Positions 1-12,575 of a stretch of DNA of 64,000 nt are shown here, in pieces. The first letter of the stretch is position 1. Every line of letters starts with the position of its first letter. The notes under the pieces are model-generated. The model ran no database searches and was not told where the DNA came from. It worked only from the letters and a program-made list of their open reading frames with translations. This DNA is from Octopus sinensis (Eukaryota): positions 63,054,001 to 63,118,000 of the forward strand of contig NC_043007.1 of NCBI RefSeq assembly GCF_006345805.1, given 5' to 3'. A program made the position numbers and the translations under genes.

Positions 1-597
1 TCAGACACCAGCTCTTCTACTTAATGATTATTTTTTATACATGCCATTACCTGATCAATTTCTTGTATTTTCTTGTTTTATAGAAAATCAAAAGAATTTT
101 CTCTATTAACCCAGCTGCATTTATTTAAAGACAGTACTAAAATTATTTCTTTTCAATAATTCTTAGTGCATTTAATTCTTGTGTTTTATAGAATAGCAAA
201 TGAGCCATCTTGTCATTCTTGATTACTTATCACTTAAAAAGCTCTCTATATCTTGTTACTGACACTGTACTGTCACCCTGCCAAAGATGTTTTATATTCC
301 ACGAGCCAATCCACATAACTGTGAAAAGAAGTACAGATCACTTTCATAGGTAACAAGTACTTTATTAGTGACATGCTACATTAGCTTTCAATTTGGGGTT
401 CAGATCCTTCCTGGGAGGTAGCTAGTTCTCAATGACTAAACTATGTATAAGCTCCAGAATACTTTGCCTGTCAGTCAGAGTGAGCAATTTTTAGTAGCTA
501 TCAACATTCACAGGAACCTTGTAATAGAAAATCGTGCTGAAATAATATTTGCTCACTCATCCACCATGCACTTGGATTCACTCTCCACATTCACTCC

Positions 598-1400
598 CAG
601 TAGTCACACACTAGCTCTTCCACTCGATCATGCATTAACTCTTCTACTCACTCATGTGCTAGCACTGCACTAGCTCACACAAACTCTTCCACTCTCACAT
701 GCACTAGCTCTTCCACTCTCACATGCACTAGCACTTCCACTCTCACATGCACTAGCTCTTCCACTCTCACATGGACTATCTCTTTCACCCTCATGCACTA
801 GCTCTTCTACTCTCACACACTAGCTCTTCCACTCTCACACACTAGCTCTTCCACTCTCACACGTACTAGCTCTTCCACTCTCACACACACTAGCTCTTCC
901 ACTCTCACACGCAGTAACTTTTCCACTCTTGTGTGAACTAGCTCTTCCACTCTCGCGCACTAGCTCTTTCATTCCCATGTGCACTAGCTCTCCCGCATGC
1001 ACTAGCTCTCCCGCTCCCGCGCGCACTAGCTCTTCCACTCTCACGTGCACTAGCTCTTCCGCTCTCTCGCGTACTAGCCCTTTCATTCCCATGTGCACTA
1101 GCTCTCCCGCGTGCACTAGCTCTCCTGCTCCCGCGTGCACTAGCTCTCCTGCTCCCGCACGCACTAGCTCTCCCACTCCCGCGCGCACTAGCTCTTCCAC
1201 TCTCACGTGCACTAGCTCTTCCGCTCTCTCTCTCACGCACTAGCTCGTTCGCTCCCACACACACTATCTTGTTCGCTCTCACGCACACTAGCTCGTCCGC
1301 TCCCACGCACACTAGCTCTTCTACTCCCGCGCAGACTAGCTCTTCCGCTCCCATGCGGACTAGCTCTCCCGCTCCCACATGCACTAGCTCTTCCACTCGT
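598..1400. repeat. 24-bp minisatellite (unit ~GCACTAGCTCTTCCACTCTCACAT), ~30 copies with higher-order substructure
   Basis: CACTAGCTCT recurs about every 22-24 nt. This explains the repetitive ORFs at 835-1418 on both strands (EELVHVRA / TSSSTLTC). Confidence 0.95.
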
Positions 1401-2433
1401 ACTACCTCCGTTGCTCATCTACTCAAATACAATATGCATCCATCCACAGCCACTCGTAATAGGAAATTTCATTCTTATTCTAATGTTGAATGAGAATTTT
1501 GTATATAACGATATTTTAGATCTTTAAATAATCTATAGTAATATTACATATTGTCTCATTATGGATCTCATATTTACTATATGAACTAGCTTTATTAATT
1601 TGTTCAAAGCCAAAATTAATTTAGTGTTTTGTTTCTTTTTTCTTTTACTCTTTATTTATCATAATGTTCCTACTTGGCTCATCTTCAATTGTCGGTATTC
1701 AGTCCATCATTGTTGAACATTTCACAAGAAGCAAAATCAGCTGTTATCTTGCACTTGAAGTTTATCTTTAACAGCTTCTCTCAACTAGCACTATAAATGG
1801 GCCAAATTCTCCCAGCTGCTTGGCTTCATGCCAGCTTCGCTCTCTACTGGCAAACAATAGCAAGCTGGATGTATTGTGTAGTGAAAGTACATCAACTGAA
1901 TTCTTCAGTAATTTTATATCATAGGAAATTATTCTTCTACTTACACATACTTTTGTCCTAAAATGTCTAATTTTTAAAAAAAAGGTAAATCACTGATATA
2001 AAAGGGTTTTTTTAATATTTTATTGCATATATACTTTAGGTCTTTTTTATTTTAGTTTCATTTTTTGTCATGTGAAAGCAATATCTTATCACAGTATCGA
2101 CGTATATGATTAAGGATATTCTTTTATTTGCCATATATTACTCTTTTTACTTATTTGTTGTTGTTTTATGGACAAAATGAGATACCTTAGATTAATTCTA
2201 ATTTCCAGACATTCTATAAAAATAGCTATTTAATTTTCCAATATTACTAAACAAGTTGGCTCCATGTAGTCTAATTAATGCTGGATAATTTTCATTAGAA
2301 TTTCTAGCTGATAATAGTGATTAAATGGGGTTTTTTTTTATTGTCAAGACATATGTCCCTTTTTATAAAGGAGAATGAATATATAATTGAATGTATTGAC
2401 CTATGTATATAACTGTTGCTTATTCTTAAAATC

Positions 2434-2674
2434 TTAACCCTTTGCCTGTCCAGTGTATCACATGTGACACACAGGACATATTTCCCTGGCATCCATGCAT
2501 CATATGTGATACACATGCTCAATTTGTTTCAACTGTCAGAGTAACTTGGGATGTATGGAAGGAGAGCTTTTTATTACTCAGAACATGTGAAATAAGGGCT
2601 AACTGAAAGTATAAAAACAAGCATGGACATTTCAGAAAATTTTATGAAAATGCTGTGGGCAGGCAAAAGGTTAA
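2434..2674. mobile_element. TTAA-flanked MITE (piggyBac-type ends)
   Basis: TTAA-CCCTTTGCCTGTCCA at the left end and TGGGCAGGCAAAAGG-TTAA at the right: terminal inverted repeats plus TTAA target duplication. Confidence 0.8.
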
Positions 2675-3972
2675 AGGCTGGAAGAAACAACTTAGTTGGC
2701 TACAATCATGTTAGAAATATGGCAAGCTGAAGTAGATACTGCATACTGTTTGGACTGAACTTTTCTCTGTCTTTCCTAGCTATTTTTTTAATAAATGGCA
2801 AGAATTCTTTTATATAACAAAGAAGCTTAACATTTAGAGGAGGCAGAATGAAAAGTTGCATTGCTTATAAATTTGAAAAGGCATGAATACCCTGTGTGAA
2901 GTAGAATGAGCTTGATTATTATAGCAATAAGCATAGTTAATAATAATAGTAATAATTTTTTTAAATAGGTGTACTTTTCAGCAAAATAACTCTCAGATGC
3001 ACAAATAACTGTCTTTATTGAAACTTGACACAGAATCAAGCACAATAATTTGTCAGTCTTCCAATCTGTTGCACAAACTCATTCATGTAGCAGTTAGTAG
3101 TATTAGTTTTTATTAATGCATAGATGGCAGAATATAGTTGATTGAGCTATAATATATAAAACTGATACTTTTATCAAACTTGGAGGGAGCGTTAACAGTG
3201 AAGTCAGTCTCAATGTGAATTGAACTTAGAATAGTTGGGCATCTCCAACTGTACTAATTTCGCTATTTCTGTAGTTGTTAGAATAATAATCTTATTGTAG
3301 TAACCATGTTTTTTAATACAGGTATAGAGCCACAAATTTTTAATAGTGCAGTAACAGTTAATATAATAAATCTCAATATTTGGCTGGTTCTTATTTTATT
3401 TATCATAACCTTGCTGGCATTTGAACTCAGAACTTAAAAGAACATGACTGAATACAGGAAGACATTTAATCCATCATTCTACTATTTCAGCTATCTGCAG
3501 CCCTTAATAATAATAGTAATAATGTTTTGTTTTTTATTGTTTTCTTGTTTTTTTTTAATATAATATTGATTTCCTAAATATGCATAAAGTTTTCATTTTA
3601 TAGAGAAGACTGGAAATAAAAGATAGTTTTCATATTTGTCAATACAAAAGGTTTTAGCAGTGAAATTGCAAACTCACTTCAGACGGAAGGTCATGAACTG
3701 TTATCAGAATACTCATTGCTGATCCCAGTTCTGACCCCTGTGATCTCTGACATTGGTAAAGGGCAACAGATTTGGGAAAAGTTGGGAACAATTTAGTTAA
3801 CTTATCACTTCCAGGTATATGAAAAGCGAAGTTGAATCTAGAAAGATTTGATCTCAGAATGTAAAATGTTGAAACTGTATACCCTGAAGCATTTTGTTTG
3901 GCACTCTATTGTCTGTCACTTTACTATCCTCCAATTATTATATAATAATAATCCTATCATTATATAATAATA

Positions 3973-4310
3973 GAAGGTGCATAGCTCAGTGGTTAGAGCT
4001 TCAGGATCACAACCATGAGGTAGTGAGTTCAGTTCCCAGACCGGGCTGTGTGTTCTTGAGCAAAACACTTAATTTCACATTTTCATGTTGCTCCAATTCA
4101 CTCACCTGTAGAAATGAGTTGCAACATCACTGGTGCCAAGCTGTATCTGCCTTTACCTTTCCCTTGGATAACATCAGTGGTATGGAGAGGGGAGGCTGGT
4201 ATGCACAGGCAACTGTTGGTCTTCCATAAACAACCTTGCCCAGACTTGTGCCTTGGGGGGTAACTCTCTAGGTGCAACCCCATGGTCATTTATGACTGAA
4301 AGGGGTCTTT
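3973..4310 (+). mobile_element. tRNA-derived SINE, family A
   Basis: A-box (TAGCTCAGTGG) and B-box-like (GAGTTCAGTTCC) head. The body is shared with copies at 9497-9842 and 34313-34652. Confidence 0.85.
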
Positions 4311-5527
4311 ATATAATAATAATTTAATAAGTTTGTTGCAAATCTACATGGTGCTAAGGAACTTGTAGCTAAGAAAGCAGTTATATTAAATTATCTTTTG
4401 TGTGTATTTTTTAATTGGCCAAAAGAAGTTGATCTTGGCATAAATTGAACCATTTAAGAGCTCTGATATTACCTCAACTCTAATATTGTTTTAGTACTGA
4501 TTAAATGACTGTTTCAGAAAAAATACTTCTTAAGCCTGAAATCTCTTATCTTCATTGATACACATCTGGATAGAGCTTCCTATAGTGTTTGTTCTGTGAG
4601 GATTATACAGAGCAGTTTCTCCCCACTTGCTCTAAGTTCATATGAAACCTGACTTTTTAAGAAATGCTGAAGTGTTACGTTGACACCTTTCTGATTAGCA
4701 TTAGTAAAGGATGGTAAATAGCTTCAACCCTGTACAGAAACCAGATTGCAATCTTTGTTTATTTGTGACTTACCTTGCTACTCTTCATTAAACCAAGTTA
4801 TTGCTGTCGTTTATCCTAGATCACATTGGCAACCATGATTTTGGTGATAAACAGGTCAATTGATGCACTATCTTCTTGACAACCTCACAGAGTTTGTGTT
4901 TCCTGCTATCTGTGTTAATATCTCATAATCTTATCATCAGTTCTGTGCTGTAGCCAGCCATATGCAAGGAACTTAGCTCTTTCTGGGTTACTTCTTGCTG
5001 TAGTAGTTCTATAATGACAATGTCTTTGTATATCTAGGCATATAAAAAGACCTACTTCTGTGCAAGCAATGGAAAGGAAACTAAAAATTGCTGAAGGAAA
5101 GTTATGCACAGATCATTCCAGAATAATGAGAGCAACTAGCCTAGTTTCTGATACCAAATTGATAACTGTTATTGTGTCCTACAGAAGAGTGCTCCATTCT
5201 TACTGCCTTAGATTTTACTGCTTGATTGATTACCAAAGCAAAAGAGGAATTGCTTTAAATAGTCACATCACTGAATTGAAATTAATTTGCTTGACAATTC
5301 TTAAAAATTTTTAGTATGCTACAGTTAGTTTAGGATTCTGACAGGAAATTCTTTCCCAACATACTATAAGTCTAGAATAATCACCAAATATTCTGAGAGA
5401 AAATTTCCTGTCTTTGAAAAATAATATAAACTTAAGCATTTTTCATATAGACGTTTGCAGATTAACTTTATCATAATTTTGATAAAGTAATATTCAATAA
5501 CGTTTTTGGGTTGTTTTTTTTTTCCCC

Positions 5528-6547
5528 CCACTATAACATGGCTGTTCTATAAAGAACAATGTCACTACATTTTAGCCCTAGGGAAACATCTTTTCTAGCT
5601 GGTTAACGACACACAACCTGTGTCCGATATATTGTGAGTAAGGGAGTGAATCACTCCCCTCCATCTTGGTAAGACCAGTAGACCATGGTTTGTCCATACT
5701 CACAATATATTAAGAGAGAAGTGGCAGACAGCTGCTGATCTCATAAGGAGCAAAGTAGCTAGTTCTAAAATCTCTAAATGAGATGTGAGTAGTAACAATA
5801 CTAGATGGTAACGTTTTTTGGGGGTTTTTTGCCACTATAACATGGCAGTTCTATAAAGAACTATGTGCTGCATTTTAGCCCCAGGAAGATGTCTTTTCCA
5901 ACTGGTTAACAACACTCAACCTGTATCCGATATATTGTAAGGGAGCAAATCACTCCCCTTCCAGCTTGGCAAGATCAGTAGACCATGGTTTCTGGGTCTT
6001 TACCCTTCATTGGTACTGGACACTTGCCTGCTAGAGATGGCAGTCAATCATACCTACTCATAATATATAAACAGAGAAGTGGCAGACAGCCACTGATCTC
6101 ATAACGAGCAAAGTAGCTAGTTCTAAAATTTTTAAACAAGTTACCATCTAGTATTGCTACTACTTATATTTCATTTCAAGATTTTAGAACTAGCTACATT
6201 GCTCCTTACAAGATCAGTGGCTGTCTACCGATTCTGTGTTTATATATTTTGAGTAGGTATGATTGACTGCCATCTCTAACAGGCAGGTGTCCAGTACCAA
6301 TGAAGGGTAAAGACCCAGAAGCCATGGTCTACTGGTCTTGCCAAGCTGGAGGGGAGTGATTCACTCCCTTACTCACAATATATTGGACACAGGTTGTGTG
6401 TCGTTAACCAGCTGGAAAAAAATGTTTTCCTGGGGTTAAAATATAACATAGACCTTTATAGAACAGCCATGTTATAGTGGCAAAAGAAACACTACTGTCT
6501 AGTATTGTTACTACTTTTAGAGATTTTAGAACTAGCTACTTTCCTCC
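5528..6547. repeat. Four-copy repeat block: two direct copies followed by one full and one partial inverted copy
   Basis: CCACTATAACATGGC starts at 5528 and 5832, and its reverse complement GCCATGTTATAGTGG ends at 6480. GTAGCTAGTTCTAAAA and TTTTAGAACTAGCTAC occur in both orientations. Confidence 0.9.
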
Positions 6548-6812
6548 TGAAGTAATATTGTTCGATATTAAGCAACAGTTTATTTTAGTTTGAAATGTTT
6601 GTTTTTGTAAAGTTATATTTTGCTTGTTTGTATAACAAGTATGATAGAATAGATGAATTAGTAGACACTTGAAAATTGTCATTTATTTTAACCATTAATA
6701 AATATATATTTCTTAAATTAACCTGTCAAACTAATCCTTGATTATTTTTCTTTATATATGTATATATAATACTCTACATATTTCATCTCCGTTCTGAATT
6801 TATATATTCCAG

Positions 6813-6989
6813 CCTGATGATGGGGCTGCTTCTGCTGCTGCTGCTGCAGGTGCTGATGGTGCAGGCAATGCTGCCCAGGCAGGGATGAATTCACTGGCTA
6901 GGCCACTAATACCTGGAGCTGAGAACATGATGAGTGAGATGCAGCGGAAACTGGCTGCAAGACGTGCCAAGACTGAGAACTCCTCACAG
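6813..6989 (+). CDS. ena: Ena/VASP-family protein, EVH2 exon containing the F-actin-binding motif
   Basis: ttccag|CCT...CAG|gtaaaa; 177 nt, phase 0/0. Encodes PDDGAASAAAAAGADGAGNAAQAGMNSLARPLIPGAENMMSEMQRKLAARRAKTENSSQ. MMSEMQRKLAARRA matches the Ena/VASP FAB motif. Confidence 0.9.
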
Positions 6990-7401
6990 GTAAAAATCGT
7001 GTCAAGTAGTAGTACATTATAACTCAGTATGATAGAATGTACATTTTAGTTCTGTACAAAAGACTAAATCAAGATATTTCTAGTGAAAAATGATAGATAG
7101 CCAACACACAGAATGGTTTGTGTTGGAAATGTCACAAGTAGATTCATATAGTAAACACTCATAAACCAAGCCTAGAAAGTACACCCTATTCTTAAGCTTA
7201 ACTGTCACTCACTGCAAAGTAAAAGTAAAGTATTTGGGTTTTACCTACATGAGATTTGCTTCTCTGGGAAATCTTTCGTAGAAAAAGAAAATATTTGATT
7301 TGCATATTTTGTAACATTTTTCTTTCCTTTTCCATACCATTATCCTCCATACCACCACTCTACTTGAGTTTAGTTAATTTATGTTGATTAACAATATGAA
7401 C

Positions 7402-7538
7402 CTTCTGCCAAGCCATGTTGAGCCAGTGTGACAGAGAAAGCTTATCAAACCAGTATGATCTGAAGCTCAAACTCATGGAGAGAACATACTGAGGCCTTCA
7501 TCCTACAGTGGACTGAACATAGGCAATCCAATCCAATC
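7402..7538 (+). mobile_element. 5'-truncated non-LTR retroelement fragment with 13-bp TSD
   Basis: TAACAATATGAAC is duplicated at 7389-7401 and 7539-7551, and the insert ends in a (CAATC)n tail. Confidence 0.7.
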
Positions 7539-7989
7539 TAACAATATGAACAGTGATTGTTGTTATCAACAACATTATCATCAACATTTCTGCATGCTGG
7601 CATAAATTGGATTGGGTGTTCTAGGATTTTATCTTCTGCAGTTGTAGATAGCAGAAACCTTTGTTACAGGTCACTACTTTTGTTGCATTGGATGAACTAA
7701 AAAGACAGTTTGTGGTTAGAAATACACTCTATTCCCATTAGTATCCTTTGTTCCTTGGAGCTGGCTGGTCTCATGCCTTCTCCACTCAGGAATTCTTAAC
7801 TAACTCATGTCTCCTTTCTTTATCACCAATATTATGTCCACTATCACCACCTCCTGTAGGTGCTGCACTAACATGTCCAGTCATTCCTAAATATTAACCG
7901 TCAGACATTCCTTCTCTGTACATGTTTTTTCTGCAGCTACTTGAATAAAACATTACTGAAGATGTTGTGGACACAGCTCTTTTCTTAGA

Positions 7990-8295
7990 CAAAATAAATA
8001 ATAAAAAGAAAATTGGAGGGGGGAGTTTAGTCTGCTTCAAGGATTTATGGAACAACTTTCTATCCTACCAAACCATAGTATATTTTAACACATTATAATG
8101 GATGGAACTTCACTTTGGTGGTGCAGAGGATCTTCCAAAGACCAAATAAATAATTTTAAAAAATTGCAGGATGAGTTTAGTTTGCTTCAAGAATTTATGG
8201 AACAACTTTCTAACCTACCAACCTGTAGTATATCTTAACACATTATGACGGCTGGCACTTCAATTTGGTGGTGGAGTGGGTCTTCCCAAAGACAC
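7990..8295. repeat. ~140-bp diverged tandem duplication (2 copies)
   Basis: GAGTTTAGT.TGCTTCAAG.ATTTATGGAACAACTTTCTA occurs at ~8023 and ~8174. Confidence 0.85.
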
Positions 8296-9496
8296 CGACA
8301 GTGATCTAAAAATCTCAACACTGGGGATTGACTTGTTCCAAAATAGTGAAGGATGAGTAATGTAAATAAGATCACATCGGTTTATTTCTTGACATTCAAC
8401 CTTTAAGCATGGGAACAAGGAACAACAAAACTATGCTACTACAGTTGCATGGATTTTATAGTTCTGCAAATTTTACTTATTTACATTGTGATTGTAAATA
8501 AATTTAAGAATCAACTCTAGTTGCAAGTTCATATTCCATTTCAGGTATTTTGTTGTTTCTATTATAGTTGGAAAATAACATACCAGTCCTTGAGTAGCTG
8601 CTTGTAGTAGACTGTTATCTAGACTAAAAGAGGTTTAACCCACCCTGATATAACACAATGTTCTGAGGATGGGTGAGTTAAGAGTGCTGGAGTGGAAATA
8701 GCACAAGACTAGCCATCTTTAAAAAACAGGAATTACTAATGGTAGAAAAGGCTGAGAGAGGGACAGTACATTAATGGACCAGAAGCTGAAGTACGTTGGG
8801 AAGTATTATATCAATCAGTCAAGTGGCTTTTACATATATAAAGCTACATTACCCAGTGTGTGCCTCTCTTTTGAAGATAGTAGGGTGTGACTGCAGGAAA
8901 TAGCAACCAAATCTCCCTCAAATTACAGCTTAACCATCTTCAGAAAGGAGGAATACATTGGGTAATGTAGTTTTAGACAGTATTAAAAAAGAAAAGCAAC
9001 AATAAAAGCTGCTCAATTGATTAAGCATGAAGTCACTCACCAGCACACTCTAACCTCTGGTCAACAGATGTGTTGTCTCCTCTCTTCACCTTTTCTACTA
9101 CTATTACAATAGTCTCTTACCATCTCCACTGAAGCATTCCCATTTCACTTATTACCCACTCTTGGGGTCAGCATTAACCACTAATCTCAGGCCTTCCTCT
9201 GCAGAATGTTGAGCCTCTAGAACATTCTTGTTTATGTCTTTCCTGTGGCCATCAACTTGCAAATGTTCAGAAACTTAGGCTAGATATTATTGTTCCTTGT
9301 GGATTCATGAAAAGATTATTTTATAATATGAATTGTTTAAGCATGTTTCTTCATACCTCACCTCCTTTTTACAGTTTGCCATTGTAGAAATTAACAAATA
9401 TTTTGTTAATTTTATAGAACTAATTAAAAATTTTTTTATTGTTATAGCTTGGAAAGGTATAAACCCTGTTTAGCTAACTAACTTAAAGTGATATAT

Positions 9497-9842
9497 TGTG
9501 CCACATGGCTCGGTGGTTAGAGCATCAGGTTCACAATCATGAGGTAGTGAGTTCAATTCCTGAACTGAGCTGTGTGTTGTGTTCTTGAGAAAGATACTTT
9601 ATTTCATGTTGCTCCAGTTCACTCATCTGTACAAATGAGTTGCAATGTCACTGGTGTCAAGCTGTATTGACCTTTACCTTTCCCTTGTATAACATTGGTT
9701 GCATGGAGAGGGGAGGCTGGCATGCATGGACAACTGTTGGTCTTCCCTAAACAACCTTGCCCAAACTTGTGCCTCAGAGGGTAACTTTCTAGGTGAAATC
9801 CCATGGTCATTCATGACCAAAGAGGTTTTTTACCCTTTTACC
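9497..9842 (+). mobile_element. tRNA-derived SINE, family A
   Basis: TGGCTCGGTGGTTAGAGC...GAGTTCAATTCC head; body matches 3973-4310. Confidence 0.85.
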
Positions 9843-9967
9843 AAATGGGTTTAATATTTCTAGTAGAAGTAACTGCTTTTAAAATGATTTTAGAAAGTAC
9901 TTTGTTTTTATGAATAATACTCCAACTACTGTCATTTCAAACTGTAATGTGTTATTTCCCATTCTAG

Positions 9968-10092
9968 GAAGCAGACAGCAGCTCATCTTCTCCTGAAGTT
10001 AAAAAGAGTAGGGACAAGACTACAACCAATGGTAATGGGAACAAATTTAACCAAGCTCAGAATGGCTCAGAATCACCAAAAGTTACACAAAG
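9968..10092 (+). CDS. ena: Ena/VASP-family protein, EVH2 linker exon
   Basis: attctag|GAA...AG|gtttgt; 125 nt, phase 0/2. Encodes EADSSSSSPEVKKSRDKTTTNGNGNKFNQAQNGSESPKVTQ(R). Phases are compatible with both neighbouring exons. Confidence 0.85.
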
Positions 10093-11271
10093 GTTTGTTG
10101 CTGGATATTGTATTTCATTTTGATTTAAGATTTTTACACTTATACTCACATATTTGCCACAGCAGAATTCACATGGATAATTCAACCTATATAGATAATT
10201 CTATTTATTCTTGGATCCCATTTTTTTTAATAGTTACACTGCTGCCTTTTTTTTTTTAATGATAACCTCTCTGTAACTGAGAAGTTGAAATAAGGTTGTA
10301 TTTGAAGGTAGTCATTTTCTTCTTCCTTGAACTGGAACTAAGCAGAATTTAAGGAATACAAATTGACACTTATAATATTAGATTGCTATTGGCCTAAATT
10401 TTAAGACTACTGGATGTATATTGCACTGAGAACAGCCTTTATCAAAGTGATGTCCTTGTATATTTGTTGTGACTCAGTAGTTGGCTGTTTCAAGTAAACC
10501 TAAGTGGCTTCTTCAGGGCACAAAGATTGAGTAGAGATGTGGAATATTAGTTTTATCATCCAGTGACAAAACAGGAGTTTCCAGAACTGTATTATAGGCA
10601 ACTGTTTTTCAGATGTGGACGTGGGCTTTGCTTGGTCTGCTTTTCAAGTCTTAAACAACATGCATGTGCTTCAATTTGGAAGTAGTTACATAAAAGATAT
10701 TCTTTTTATCACCCCCTCTTCGCTCAAACCAAGATTCTACAAACAAGTGAAGCTTAAAGTCCTGATAGAAGCCTTTATAATAATAAAAATTTAATTTCTT
10801 CTGTGTTCCAAATTTTTTTATATACAAAATGTTATTTTTATTTTTGTTATGAAGGATCAATCCTGTTGTTCCAGTACCGTAAGTTTTGTGAACTCATTTC
10901 CCTCCACTTCATTCCTTTAATGGTTTACTAGAATCTTACCCTTGCTTCATTATCTCATCTAATCTTCCTGTAAAGTAGAGGAGATATAAAACAATAGCAG
11001 AAATAAGTGGTTACAATTGCCCTTAGAAAATTAAGTTATATTGGGAGTTTTGAGTTTATTACTTTTACTTATTAATCTTTTGAGTGTTCATACGAATAAC
11101 TTCATAGACTTTAGAAAGCTGGGTAATGCATGTGAGTTTCACATTCAATTTGAAATGTTGGAAGTTAGTGGTAGAAAGAGAATGCTTCTCTTCTGAACAA
11201 AGTAGTAACTACAAAAGGCTGGAATGTAATGCCACAGAAGGAATTTGTCAGTTGATATTTGAAGGCGGGTA

Positions 11272-11490
11272 AAGGCAGTAAGCTGGCAGAATTGTTAGCA
11301 CACTGGACAATATAGCTAGTGGTATTTTGTCCATCTTTATGTTCTGAGTTCAAATTCCACCGAGGTTGACTTTGCCTTTCATCCTTTCAGTGTTGGTAAA
11401 ATAAGTACTAGTTGAGCACTGGGTTTGATGTAATCAACATACTCCTGTCCCCAAAATTTATGGCTTAGTGCCAAAATTTGAAACTAATAT
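11272..11490 (+). mobile_element. SINE family B
   Basis: GCTGGCAGAATTGTTAGC...TTCTGAGTTCAAATTCCACCGAGGTTGACTTTGCCTTTCATCCTT; more than 10 related copies in the window. Confidence 0.85.
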
Positions 11491-12149
11491 TTCGAGGAGG
11501 TTATAATGCAGATGAGGGAATTTCAAATAAATGCTTTTGGTAAGAGTGTAGTTCATGAGTATCTTTATAATAACACTAATTTCTTCCAATGAAGATTACA
11601 GAAAATAGTTTACTTTCTAGTATCAAAATCTCTTCATCTCTCTTGAATCCCTGAAAATATTCAATCCCACACCTTTCTATTTTATCTCAAGCCTGTTGCC
11701 TAATAATGAATAATCTATATATTTCTTTTCATCCTGCCTCTCTGAAATTCCTGACGACTTAACTACTATTATCATGAACAGCATAATAGCTGGACATGAT
11801 TTCACAGAAAACTGCATACAAATGACACTGCCTATATCACAAAGACACTCATTTTACAACTGTCACACAATATAAAGACAAGGTGATTCAAACATACACA
11901 AGAAATTATGGTATAGCATAATTTCTTGATAAGCCTCAATTGCATACAAAATTTGAAGTTTAGTTTTAATTTCTCATTGAAGCCATTTATCCCTCTTATG
12001 AAACTAATAATTTTACTCCCTTATAGTTTAAACTTAGGCCTATGGGCGGGTTGATAGAGAAAGAAGGCTTTATAGTTAGCAGATGCACCAGAGTAGTCAG
12101 CTGTGGTTAACTTGGAAGGAAATTGTAAAAGTTTAGGGTGCTGTTCTTC

Positions 12150-12575
12150 TACTGTTAACAAATGGATTATCTGACCAAAAGGCAGGTTGTATGATGCTTG
12201 CATACAAAATTCATTGTTGCATGGTAGTGAAACATGAGCATTGAATGTGGATGATATGTGAAGGCTGGAATGAAATGAGGCAACCAAGGTTTGCTGGATG
12301 TGTGCTGTTTAGTGTGTTTGAATGACAGTGCACAAATTGACTGAATATAAGAAGAATCAGATGTAGTGAGAAAGAGAGAAGACTGCACTGGTATGGACAT
12401 GAGATGTGTATGGAAGGTGATATTTGGGTGAAGAAGTGCCAAGCTATGAAAGTAAAAGGAACCTGAAGAAAAGATGGAAAGAATTTGTGAGAGTTGATAC
12501 CGAGATTTTTAATTTCACAAGGGAGATCTCAAGAGGCTACTGCAGCATAGTGTGCTGGAGAAAATTATCATTTAT
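12150..12575 (+). mobile_element. Decayed RTE LINE 3' fragment
   Basis: AAAGGCAGGTTGTATGATGCTTGC...CATGGTAGTGAAACATG (KGRLYDAC...HGSET) is homologous to 49625-50040. Confidence 0.75.

Noticed and set aside
835-1493. Mucin-like or repetitive ORFs on both strands
   Set aside because: By-product of a 24-bp minisatellite; no splice or homology support.
3973-4050. tRNA gene (also near 9500, 34315 and 56630)
   Set aside because: A/B boxes run into a shared SINE body; no intact cloverleaf.
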